From a virus, in UHGV virus genome UHGV-1440165: a stretch of DNA of 64,000 nt; one strand, given 5' to 3'. This document shows positions 39,144 through 47,574 of this stretch, piece after piece; the stretch's first letter is position 1; every line of letters starts with the position of its first letter. The notes beneath the pieces were generated by a model. The model made no database searches. It was given only the letters and a program-made list of their open reading frames with translations, and had not been told where the DNA came from. The translations under genes and the position numbers were made by a program.

Positions 39144-39427
39144 GATTCTACCTCCGATTTGGAGATGAATGATTCCATGTCTGACCGGGAAATAATCGTT
39201 TCTACACGATCTTCATCGATCAACATTTCGTTCAGAAGGTCATAGCCCAGCACTTGCACACCACGAACACCCCAAGACCTTTTCTTCAGCTCTGCCTCAA
39301 TACTCAGAACTCTCTGAACCGTTAGACCGCCGGAAGAGAATGGAACCGGATAGAAGGTGGAGCACATTTGCGCGCTGCCATTTAATCTATAGCGAACCAG
39401 CAGAACATCACACCATACACCAGCCAT
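39140..39427 (-). CDS. hypothetical protein (95 aa)
   Basis: ORF. Confidence 0.4.
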   Translation of the reverse strand: MAGVWCDVLLVRYRLNGSAQMCSTFYPVPFSSGGLTVQRVLSIEAELKKRSWGVRGVQVLGYDLLNEMLIDEDRVETIISRSDMESFISKSEVES

Positions 39428-39428
39428 G

Positions 39429-40091
39429 TTACACCTCCACCGCGTGGGACTTCAGGAGTTCGTCAATCGCTTTCTGTCCCATGTAGGAGAACGGGGTGCG
39501 CTGGTAGAACGCCCACAGTACCAGCTGAACAACGGCACGGGAACGGGTTTCAGCCGTCATCACCAGGTCACTGAAATGAGGAGACTCGGCTGTCCATTGG
39601 ATCACTTCGCCGAAGTCCTGATTGCAAGTCACAGAGATGCGGAACTTGTTGCACAGATCGTCGACTTCTTTGTAGGCATCGGTGGACACTCGGAGTTGTT
39701 CCGCATGCATCCAAGGGGTTGTGACGATCCTTTCACCCAATGTCTTGTCCGAAATGAACCATTCGACCGTTTTGTCAGATTTGGAGAATCCGTTGATGCG
39801 GTAGATACCGCCTTGTGACTCCATACTGCGCATGGCGTGATAGCGAGCATCGATTTCGTTGTTATGCATGGCATTGAAGTCAATGAACACGCGCCGCGCC
39901 AACACATCGTCCTCCGGCTGAAGAGCCAGGAAATCGTTCAGGCGGCTATAATGGAGGACATTGGAACCGTCGTGGCCATGTGTGCAATATGCGTAATAGC
40001 TGCCGATACGGGCGTGGGCAACATAAGACAACGGGGCGAAGAATAATCCGTCAGGATCAGGTCCGACGATGATAGAATAAAGTTTTTCCAT
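39429..40091 (-). CDS. hypothetical protein (220 aa)
   Basis: Start MEKLYS. Confidence 0.5.
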   Translation of the reverse strand: MEKLYSIIVGPDPDGLFFAPLSYVAHARIGSYYAYCTHGHDGSNVLHYSRLNDFLALQPEDDVLARRVFIDFNAMHNNEIDARYHAMRSMESQGGIYRINGFSKSDKTVEWFISDKTLGERIVTTPWMHAEQLRVSTDAYKEVDDLCNKFRISVTCNQDFGEVIQWTAESPHFSDLVMTAETRSRAVVQLVLWAFYQRTPFSYMGQKAIDELLKSHAVEV

Positions 40092-40146
40092 GATATAGTC
40101 TCTCAAATGAAAGGCGGCCTTATGATAAGCCGCCCGAGATTATTGA

Positions 40147-41064
40147 TTATTGGAAATCGCCAACATACATGTTCAGCTTGTCATCCCACTCCACGACGAC
40201 GCGGATCGTTCCGGAATCTTCAGGGAAGGTCAGCTTAGAGCACATGGCGCGGTTGACATAAGTCCCGCTCTGGTTGACGTTGTAGTCCTTCCCAGCACAG
40301 ACACCGAAACGTTTGAAGTCACGGGTCACCATCATGTTCAGAGTTGTCCAAGGGAGTGCATCGCGCAGGGCTTTACACAGGATGATCTTTCCATCCGGTC
40401 TGAAGGAGACAAACATCTCATTGGCAACCCGGCGGCGAGCAGGCGGTTCAAGTTCGCGCAGGGAGATGAATTCAGAGGGATCATCCAAGGCACCCAAGGC
40501 ACCCAGGGCGACCATGTCTTCGCGAACTTTACTGACAACTTCAGTTACTGCGGACACGACTTCAACAGCCGGATTCGCCTTAAATGGTTCAACAGTCTTG
40601 GACATCTTGGATACAGACATCCCATCACCCTTGCGCTTCTCCGCATATTGCTCGACGGACTTGTCGCTCACCGGAGGCAGTTTGGTGGCAGGGGTTATAA
40701 CCGGGCTTGCATCTGGTTTCGACTTCGGGGTGCTACGAGCCAGGCGAAGATTTTCTTGGGCTTGCAGAATACGCTCTTGTCGTGTCTGTGGAGCCTTTGG
40801 TGAGATCTTCGTACTGAAGTCAGAAACACCGACCCAGTCACCCTGGTCATTGCGCTTGGCAACCAATGTCAGTTTGTGGATGATGCCCTGCAGCTTGCTT
40901 TCACGCAAATTGTCGGCATACCAGAACCTGGCGCCCATCTCGAACTTCTCGGCGAAGATGACACGAGCGTCTTCATGTACGAGCATCACTCGAGCCGCGT
41001 TGGGAGCGAACGTTTTGTTCTTTTCAATGATCGCCGCAGCGATAGTTTTCGTCAGGAGCATCAC
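40147..41064 (-). CDS. hypothetical protein (305 aa)
   Basis: ORF. Confidence 0.5.
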   Translation of the reverse strand: MMLLTKTIAAAIIEKNKTFAPNAARVMLVHEDARVIFAEKFEMGARFWYADNLRESKLQGIIHKLTLVAKRNDQGDWVGVSDFSTKISPKAPQTRQERILQAQENLRLARSTPKSKPDASPVITPATKLPPVSDKSVEQYAEKRKGDGMSVSKMSKTVEPFKANPAVEVVSAVTEVVSKVREDMVALGALGALDDPSEFISLRELEPPARRRVANEMFVSFRPDGKIILCKALRDALPWTTLNMMVTRDFKRFGVCAGKDYNVNQSGTYVNRAMCSKLTFPEDSGTIRVVVEWDDKLNMYVGDFQ

Positions 41065-41111
41065 GATGTATTCCTATCGGTTCAATTGGAGGTTAAATTT
41101 TACCCTGAAAT

Positions 41112-41444
41112 CTATTTTGAAACGCCGACAAAGTCCTGGGCAATTCCCCGACAATACATCAGGTCGGTCTTCGTTTGTGGGCTGTTTTCTGCCGCCGACA
41201 TCATCATTGGCAGGTCCAGCGCATTCTCTATCTGGTCAACGCTGAACAGGTCAAGGCGCTTCAGCTCTCCCTCGAAGTCGGACAGGAGAATAGACGTGTC
41301 TTTGTCGTCCGGATGGAATTGCTGATACGTCTCCATCCAGGCAGCGCATGTATTCAGTTTGGACGGCGGGGCGGCATGTACCCCGCCGATATAGGCAACC
41401 ACGACAGCCAGGATTAACAAGAGGATGATTTTACGAGTCATCAT
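41112..41444 (-). CDS. small secreted/membrane-anchored protein
   Basis: N-terminal hydrophobic signal IILLLILAVVVAYIGGVHA. Confidence 0.5.
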   Translation of the reverse strand: MMTRKIILLLILAVVVAYIGGVHAAPPSKLNTCAAWMETYQQFHPDDKDTSILLSDFEGELKRLDLFSVDQIENALDLPMMMSAAENSPQTKTDLMYCRGIAQDFVGVSK

Positions 41445-42127
41445 TCGTTCTCCTTCATCATGTTATCACAGTCGACACGAGTCTGTTGCAGCTCACGCGA
41501 CATACGAGGATCGTCGAGGTTCACACTCAGATTCGTGGCCAGATCTTTCAGGCCGTTCTGAACACGATCCTCATAATAGTGGTCGTTCTCAACCAGCCAG
41601 GCTCTGAGGCCAAGAGCGCGGGTACGCCATTGTTTCTTCAGAACACGGTCGGTTGTTTGTTCGGCACTGTACTCAAAGACCTTGATGCACTGGTTGCCAT
41701 CGTCGATAAGGTTCAGGTGACGGCGGCCAATCTGCACACCCTTCTGTAATGCCGGAGAAGGGAGCGAACGGCACTGTCTGACGGTCATGCGTCCTTGGGT
41801 GCCCATACGCCCAGTCATGATCAGATCGCTGGCCTCCATGCCTCCACGGTTAAATTCGTCGTCATTGAGGTAGCCCTTGAGGTTATAGGCTCCCTGTTTG
41901 TATCGGTTGAACTCAATCCCGGCATTGACAACAGCGGTGGAGACGTTGCCTGTGTTCCAGAGTTCAGCAAAGTTCTCTATGGATCCAGACTTATCGATTG
42001 CGACTGCCTGGGAGAACCCAGCGCAGTAGGAAAGATCAGACCACAGTTTGTCACCTGTGGTGTTCAGCTTGGCAGCGGCAGGGAGTGCCAGACCTGCAAG
42101 CACAACCCCAAGGATTAAACGTTTCAT
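41441..42127 (-). CDS. secreted (periplasmic) protein
   Basis: Signal peptide MKRLILGVVLAGLALPAAA; AAGGAGAA RBS. Confidence 0.55.
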   Translation of the reverse strand: MKRLILGVVLAGLALPAAAKLNTTGDKLWSDLSYCAGFSQAVAIDKSGSIENFAELWNTGNVSTAVVNAGIEFNRYKQGAYNLKGYLNDDEFNRGGMEASDLIMTGRMGTQGRMTVRQCRSLPSPALQKGVQIGRRHLNLIDDGNQCIKVFEYSAEQTTDRVLKKQWRTRALGLRAWLVENDHYYEDRVQNGLKDLATNLSVNLDDPRMSRELQQTRVDCDNMMKENE

Positions 42128-42211
42128 GGTGATTCTCCTTATTTCATTGGATGAAATGATAGGCGGCTCACCATGCTGAGTAAAGGGTTTCAATAAACTA
42201 TCGTATTCAGA

Positions 42212-42670
42212 TTAGTACCGACTATCACTGACCGTCCGGTACTTCACACCCTTGAACTGCTTGGCAACCTTGACGAACTCCATCGCAGGCATGTCCACTT
42301 TGTAGACCTTGATGCGCTGACGGTCATCCATGTTCAGAGCAGCCACATAGCGGTGGGAGCCGTCGACCACATAGTTATCAGAAGACACCCAAACCCGACC
42401 CATGGGCTTCTTGTTTCTGATGTTCTTCATGATCTTCCAGACCTTCATCTTGTTGATTTCGTTCTGGGTGAGACGGAGCGATTTGATAGGAACCTGGCCA
42501 GCATCGATAGTGATGCCGAGTTCCTCCAGGTAGTCATGGAAGGCATCCTGTTTGTCATCGTCGATTTGTGGCATAGAAGAACGCGAAAGCCCGAGGTTTC
42601 CAACAGGAATCCTCAGGCCGTTGATAATGTTCAACCAGTCTATGAAGGAAGACATGAACATGAGATTCAC
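42212..42670 (-). CDS. ParB/Srx-like nuclease domain protein
   Basis: VVDGSHRYVAA resembles ParB/sulfiredoxin-fold DGxHR motif. Confidence 0.4.
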   Translation of the reverse strand: MNLMFMSSFIDWLNIINGLRIPVGNLGLSRSSMPQIDDDKQDAFHDYLEELGITIDAGQVPIKSLRLTQNEINKMKVWKIMKNIRNKKPMGRVWVSSDNYVVDGSHRYVAALNMDDRQRIKVYKVDMPAMEFVKVAKQFKGVKYRTVSDSRY

Positions 42671-42685
42671 CTCGGGATATGAATT

Positions 42686-42802
42686 ATCCCTTAGTTAGTC
42701 GTGAAATGTCTTGGCGAGAAACCTCCCGACATATTCACAAAAGGCAATGATCACTAAACCCAATCCGCAACCAATAAGCCAACCCCAAAATTCAATGTCC
42801 AC
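42686..42802 (-). CDS. small hydrophobic protein (~38 aa), not in ORF track; coordinates approximate
   Basis: Hand translation MVDIEFWGWLIGCGLGLVIIAFCEYVGRFLAKTFHD; ATG overlaps upstream stop (TGATG). Confidence 0.3.
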
Positions 42803-42804
42803 CA

Positions 42805-43092
42805 TCACACCTCGTCTTCTTCAGGTCCACCGTCAATCAGGATACGAGCGGTGTCGAAAGTTTCCCCGCCCGTGTTCAGCAGCTTGGTCAGATCGTCAAG
42901 ATATCGGACCGTGCCAAGATCAGATGACCGCGTTATAAATTCCAGCATACCATACAGGGCTGATTTGAATCGGCTGTTGTCGATATCGTTCTTGATTTCC
43001 ATCAGGCGCAAGATGTTCTCTGACTGAGTATGGCCAACACACGCCTTGTCTCTGATCATCTCCTTGATAGAACTTCTCTCTGTTGGTGTCAT
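42805..43092 (-). CDS. hypothetical protein (95 aa)
   Basis: ORF. Confidence 0.4.
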   Translation of the reverse strand: MTPTERSSIKEMIRDKACVGHTQSENILRLMEIKNDIDNSRFKSALYGMLEFITRSSDLGTVRYLDDLTKLLNTGGETFDTARILIDGGPEEDEV

Positions 43093-43466
43093 AACGAACC
43101 ACCCCCGACAGAGATCAAGAACTCTTCTTCAATGGTCGTGACCGGGCGGCGGTTGCGGGTTTCGATCATGAAGCCCCAGCCGCCGTCGGCGACGTTGCCA
43201 AAGGTCTTGACGCCAAAGGTCTTCTTCCCGTTGGAGCAGGCATAGAAGTCCAGGATGAACGGGCTACCCTGATTGTCGATCCCACGGTTTACGCCGTCCG
43301 CTACACAGCGCTCAATCATCTTCCCGTTCTTATACAGAACGAGGTCTTGGCCATACGCCTTGAAAGCATAAACGCCGTTGGTAGACACTCCGGTGATGAC
43401 AGGAGGAGCGGAAACAGCAGAGAAGGAAGCGCCCAGCAGGGCAACGGCGAGGATTAACTTTTTCAT
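43089..43466 (-). CDS. secreted protein
   Basis: Signal peptide MKKLILAVALLGASFSAVSA. Confidence 0.55.
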   Translation of the reverse strand: MKKLILAVALLGASFSAVSAPPVITGVSTNGVYAFKAYGQDLVLYKNGKMIERCVADGVNRGIDNQGSPFILDFYACSNGKKTFGVKTFGNVADGGWGFMIETRNRRPVTTIEEEFLISVGGGSL

Positions 43467-43518
43467 GATATAGTCTCTTGGTTTCAAATGGGCGGGGTAT
43501 GATTACCCCGCCGTGGGT

Positions 43519-44025
43519 TTATAGGGTAACAAGTGATACGGTAAAAACCATCGTCCCGTCAGTTGCCATTTTTCTTGAAACTGGTATGACGCGAGGCTGG
43601 CAGAATATCCATTCTTTCTCCATGGACGCCAAGTCCAGCATATCCATTTCTGATTCATCGCCTTTGTTCACAAATTTTTCTAGAGAACCATAGACATTAA
43701 GCCCCTCCGGGAGTCCGTTTCGATGTTTGTAACATATGCGGGCGACAGCTCTGGTTCCATACGATTTAGAAAATTGTTTGGCCACATGCTTCAGTTCACT
43801 GAAGCTAAGACAAGAATCCCATGTCTGAAACATGTCTCCTCGTTCAAACATCATCTCCAAACGCGCAACGTCCTCTTTAGGCAACCCGCGATAAAGTGTG
43901 GTCATCTGCGGTTCGCGTAATTCTCGCACCAGACCACGGATGGCAGGGGAAACAGTGCCAGGGCGCATGATGTGGGACTTATCATGGACGAGGTAAAATA
44001 AATCTTGAATTTGTTGATCGGTCAT
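43519..44025 (-). CDS. mono-ADP-ribosyltransferase, T4 ModA/ModB-like
   Basis: R motif TLYRGLPKE (T4 ModA PLWRGVPAE), S-x-S region DSCLSFSE, ExE-like SMEKEWIF, in ModA order and spacing. Confidence 0.55.
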   Translation of the reverse strand: MTDQQIQDLFYLVHDKSHIMRPGTVSPAIRGLVRELREPQMTTLYRGLPKEDVARLEMMFERGDMFQTWDSCLSFSELKHVAKQFSKSYGTRAVARICYKHRNGLPEGLNVYGSLEKFVNKGDESEMDMLDLASMEKEWIFCQPRVIPVSRKMATDGTMVFTVSLVTL

Positions 44026-44084
44026 GATGTATTTCCTTCATTTCAAATAGGCGGGGTAATCATACCCCACCCTAAGTTATAGAA

Positions 44085-44324
44085 TTAACTGATGTGCTTC
44101 AGAAGAGCGAAGAGGATCGCGGCCTTGGCTTTCACCTTTCCGACGACGCCTGTTTCGACATCGACTTCTTCGGCAACCCAATCTTTTCCCTTCTTGCTGA
44201 TGATAACATCGCGGCGCTGGGCATATACTTCTTTGGTCGCATACACACGGCGGAACCCTTTAGCGCGGAGCAAGCCCCAATTGCGATCAATCTCTACTGA
44301 AGTTTCGACCATTTTGTTCTTCAT
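44085..44324 (-). CDS. hypothetical protein (79 aa), basic
   Basis: ORF with own promoter. Confidence 0.45.
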   Translation of the reverse strand: MKNKMVETSVEIDRNWGLLRAKGFRRVYATKEVYAQRRDVIISKKGKDWVAEEVDVETGVVGKVKAKAAILFALLKHIS

Positions 44325-44375
44325 GATATAATCTTACCTTTCAACCTGGTGAACCCATCGTTCGCCAGTTATTGA

Positions 44376-44404
44376 ATAATAGGACATTCTTTAGAGGAAG
44401 TAAA
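44376..44404 (-). promoter_or_regulatory. sigma70-like early promoter TTTACT-N17-TATTAT
   Basis: Hexamers read directly; follows terminator hairpin. Confidence 0.6.
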
Positions 44405-44421
44405 CCCCTAAAAGTAAAAAT

Positions 44422-44439
44422 CCCCAACAAACGTTGGGG
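44422..44439 (-). terminator. rho-independent terminator (CCCCAACAAACGTTGGGG) followed by U-run on minus strand
   Basis: Perfect 7-bp stem. Confidence 0.6.
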
Positions 44440-44457
44440 ATTTAATAAAAGTTATGC

Positions 44458-44682
44458 CTATTTAATTTCTCGGCTTGAATTTTCCAGTTCTAATTTTCTT
44501 ATAGCGGAAATTCTACCTTCATCAGTTGCGGGAAACTCCCAAACAGCACGACGTCCGTTGTGAGTATCACAACTTGCCAGCCAGAAGAAATTAGAGGGAT
44601 CTTTAAACAAGACCAATTTAGGGTTAGCAATATTGTTCAGGCAAAATGGGGCGAGGTCAACAACGCGTGATACAGCAGACAT
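44458..44682 (-). CDS. hypothetical protein (74 aa)
   Basis: ORF flanked by duplicated terminator-promoter cassettes. Confidence 0.45.
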   Translation of the reverse strand: MSAVSRVVDLAPFCLNNIANPKLVLFKDPSNFFWLASCDTHNGRRAVWEFPATDEGRISAIRKLELENSSREIK

Positions 44683-44731
44683 AATATATACCTTCTTTCA
44701 ACGGACGGGAACGCCCCGCCCTATGAATTCA

Positions 44732-44760
44732 ATAATACGTATTTGCCTTATAGAAGTAAA
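44732..44760 (-). promoter_or_regulatory. sigma70-like early promoter TTTACT-N17-TATTAT
   Basis: Same architecture as 44376..44404. Confidence 0.6.
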
Positions 44761-44777
44761 CCCCTAAAAGTAAAAAT

Positions 44778-44795
44778 CCCCAACGTTTGTTGGGG
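44778..44795 (-). terminator. rho-independent terminator (CCCCAACGTTTGTTGGGG)
   Basis: Same stem as 44422 with reverse-complemented loop. Confidence 0.6.
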
Positions 44796-44802
44796 ACTTC
44801 TG

Positions 44803-45126
44803 TTATTTGCGCAGGGCAACCACGAATTCAGCGAGTTCACCCATGGTCGGGTCATCGCCTTTACTGCCCAGCCAGCCGTCGTCTATTTCGACCTGAAACT
44901 CTTCTTCTAGTTCCATTACGATTTCGATAGCATCCAGTTCATCGCCGCCGAGGTCTTTCTTGGTGCGGAGGCCAGCCAGTTTGTCCAGGGCGTCTTCGTT
45001 TTGAGATGCCACGTCGTCCAGCAGTTTGCGCTTGTCATCGTCGCGCCACAGATCCATATTCAGATTCTCTGTAGCGTACTGAGCCAGGTGTCGCATCACC
45101 TCAACATATGTCGGTTTACTGCTCAT
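44803..45126 (-). CDS. acyl carrier protein homologue lacking the phosphopantetheine-attachment serine
   Basis: DLGGDELDAIEIVMELEEEFQVEIDD versus E. coli ACP [26 protein letters not shown]; the DSL serine is Glu here. Confidence 0.65.
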   Translation of the reverse strand: MSSKPTYVEVMRHLAQYATENLNMDLWRDDDKRKLLDDVASQNEDALDKLAGLRTKKDLGGDELDAIEIVMELEEEFQVEIDDGWLGSKGDDPTMGELAEFVVALRK

Positions 45127-45168
45127 GTCACTTCTCCCAAAGAAGGGCGGGTTGCCCCGCCCGTTGGA

Positions 45169-47397
45169 TTAGATTTTGATCTCTTTCTCTGCCAGTTCGG
45201 CAGTGACCTTGTACTTCACGCCATCCACTTCAACTTCCATGGTTGACTCTTCCAGGTCGAGGTCGGTGAACCAGCCATGGCCAGCAACGATACCATACAC
45301 CACTTTAGACAGCGTCTTGTTCAGGGCGCGGACTTCAGTGATGGCCGCCTTGGCAGCAGCGTCGATCCAGTTTTCGATCAGCTGTTTCTGTACGGCTTCA
45401 GGCACAGCAGTAATAGCCGGGGACTTCACGAATGCGTCGTATTCTTTCAGTGCATTGGCGATGAACATATCACCCGCATTGAGAGCCTTTTTATCAGCAA
45501 TCTTCTTCTGTACCGCAGCGATGGACGGCAGAGAAGACGCCCCGGCGATCTTAACGTTCAGCTCACGGCTCATGTAGACGTCCGTGGAGTCCTTCAGCTC
45601 GGTCTTCGGTGAGAAGCCATAATCGCGGATACCAACACTAGACAGGTATTCTGCGGCCGCAGCGCCGTACTGAATAGCCAGACCTTTGGCATTACCCTTA
45701 CCAACCAGGGCGTCGCGATAGAACTTCAGTACCTTCTGCTTGCCTTTCAGGGCTTCCAGGCGAACGTTGTCGGCAAAGAACTGTGCAGCACTGATGTTCT
45801 TGACCATCGCACGGTTGACCAGCGGTACGCTTTCCAGGTTCAGAATGAACACTTCCGGACCAACGAACACGTGGACGCCCATTTCGATCAACTTCTGCAC
45901 AACTTCGATATCAGCCTTGAACGGCAGGGTCTTCACATTGATGATGCCGTCTTTGACGATGGTGTAGTTGCGCCACTGGAATGTGTCCAATTCTTCGGGT
46001 AGACCGAACTTCTTCTGAGCGAATTCGGGCACCGCCACAGTTCCATGCTGGATTGTACGCACACTGATGTTCGGGCGCTCAGAGTTATAGACCAGGTCGC
46101 TGATTGAGATCACGCCCAGATCGTTAGCAGGTTCAAACGACGGTGTCCACTCTTCGTGCTCAGCCAGCTTGAGAGCGAGGGCTTTACGCTCTTCTTTGGA
46201 CTTGGCGTTCGCGATTTCTTCCGCCAGCTTGTCTTCGGTATCATCGGCTTTCTGCACAGTACCGCGACCAATGCTCTTGTAGGAGAACATCGGGTGCTTG
46301 GTGGCAACAGACACGCCAGCTTCGGCCAGGTACGTCAGCACATCAACGACAGTGGTCGCATCTTCAGCCGGAACCATATTGTAGTCGATACCGTCCACGC
46401 CGCGCAGCTGATCATCAACGATGGCCTGGGTCAGATCAACTTTGATGTTGGAGTAGTCCTGCTTGGTGAAGCAGTTGCTGTACTGTTTGATGAAGCGGAC
46501 GTCGCCCGTTTTCTTCAGCGCAGCCCACACCAGGTCGGCGTCCATGATGTGTACGCCGTAGAACGCCAGCACGTATGCTGCCTGGATGTCCGTCAGCGCA
46601 TCAAGCTGGTCGATCATGTTAGGGTTGACGACCCACAGCTTCGTGACGCTCTCAGGGATGCTCACGTGGCCGATAGGATGGTCTTCATCCGGCTGTACCG
46701 CCAGCACGGTTGCTACGCCGTTTTCAACGTAGATGGCGTGAGTGTACACCACAGGAACGTCAACACGAACCTTCGGCACCGAGGACTTCAACACGTTTTC
46801 CAGCTCAGTCTGATATTCAGTCTGTCCTTCGGCGAACACGTGAGTCGCGCCGGAACGCTCGGACATCTGGGCCAGGAGTTCGCGGTTACAGTACCAGCCG
46901 TATTCGATAAAGGTGATGTTATCGAAAACAAATGGCAAGGTTTCGGCGACGGCCAGGATTTCATTGGAGCGCCAGCAGTTGTCATAACCATCGGTCATGA
47001 ACGCCAGGTTGTTGACGTAGCCGGGTTTCTTCAGGCTACGCGCAGTATCTACCGCGAGACCCAGGGGTTCGACGAAGCCAGTGCAACCGGATGGTTGCAG
47101 GAAGCGGTCGATCAGTTTGTTCAGCTCGCTCAGGTCAGACGCAGCACTGACCTGGCGGCCAGCGAACACAGTACCAAAGTCGCCACGGGATGAGAAGTAC
47201 AGGAGGCTCACTGTGTCTTCCGGTTTCACCAGGGAAGGCAGGTTCTCCTTCAGGTGCTTACGGACTTCAGGGAGCGCCCGGTACATGGAACCGGAAATGT
47301 CCACAACGATTACATGGTTGGACGGGGCAGCAGTCGCAACCGCATTCTTAAACTCCAGGGATTCAATCATCGTTATTGCCTTCTTCAGGGTTGTCAT
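45169..47397 (-). CDS. large von Willebrand factor A (vWA) domain protein
   Basis: N-terminal MIDAS motif VVDISGSM; ~740 aa; start at MTTLKK with GGAAGGTGAGG RBS. Confidence 0.55.
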   Translation of the reverse strand: MTTLKKAITMIESLEFKNAVATAAPSNHVIVVDISGSMYRALPEVRKHLKENLPSLVKPEDTVSLLYFSSRGDFGTVFAGRQVSAASDLSELNKLIDRFLQPSGCTGFVEPLGLAVDTARSLKKPGYVNNLAFMTDGYDNCWRSNEILAVAETLPFVFDNITFIEYGWYCNRELLAQMSERSGATHVFAEGQTEYQTELENVLKSSVPKVRVDVPVVYTHAIYVENGVATVLAVQPDEDHPIGHVSIPESVTKLWVVNPNMIDQLDALTDIQAAYVLAFYGVHIMDADLVWAALKKTGDVRFIKQYSNCFTKQDYSNIKVDLTQAIVDDQLRGVDGIDYNMVPAEDATTVVDVLTYLAEAGVSVATKHPMFSYKSIGRGTVQKADDTEDKLAEEIANAKSKEERKALALKLAEHEEWTPSFEPANDLGVISISDLVYNSERPNISVRTIQHGTVAVPEFAQKKFGLPEELDTFQWRNYTIVKDGIINVKTLPFKADIEVVQKLIEMGVHVFVGPEVFILNLESVPLVNRAMVKNISAAQFFADNVRLEALKGKQKVLKFYRDALVGKGNAKGLAIQYGAAAAEYLSSVGIRDYGFSPKTELKDSTDVYMSRELNVKIAGASSLPSIAAVQKKIADKKALNAGDMFIANALKEYDAFVKSPAITAVPEAVQKQLIENWIDAAAKAAITEVRALNKTLSKVVYGIVAGHGWFTDLDLEESTMEVEVDGVKYKVTAELAEKEIKI

Positions 47398-47550
47398 CGG
47401 CCTCACCTTCCGGATTGACCAGCATGTGTTCAACGAATTCGCGATTCAGCTCAATCTGGCTCATCAGCGCATCCGTCGGAGTAAAGCGGCGGTCGAGGTT
47501 ATCGACACCCGCACGTTTAAATGGTTTGGACATTCCTCGACCTCAAAACA

Positions 47551-47568
47551 GGGGAGTTTCCTCCCCTT
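47551..47568 (-). terminator. rho-independent terminator (AGGGGAGTTTCCTCCCCT)
   Basis: Same hairpin core as 22001..22020. Confidence 0.6.
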
Positions 47569-47574
47569 CAGTTA

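Noticed and set aside
44345-44810. Repeated ~50-bp elements as a CRISPR-like array
   Set aside because: Only two copies, different spacing logic, and each resolves into terminator hairpin plus sigma70-like promoter; no cas genes.
46156-47193. 345-aa plus-strand ORF
   Set aside because: Antisense to the vWA gene, which carries a clear MIDAS motif; no start signals.
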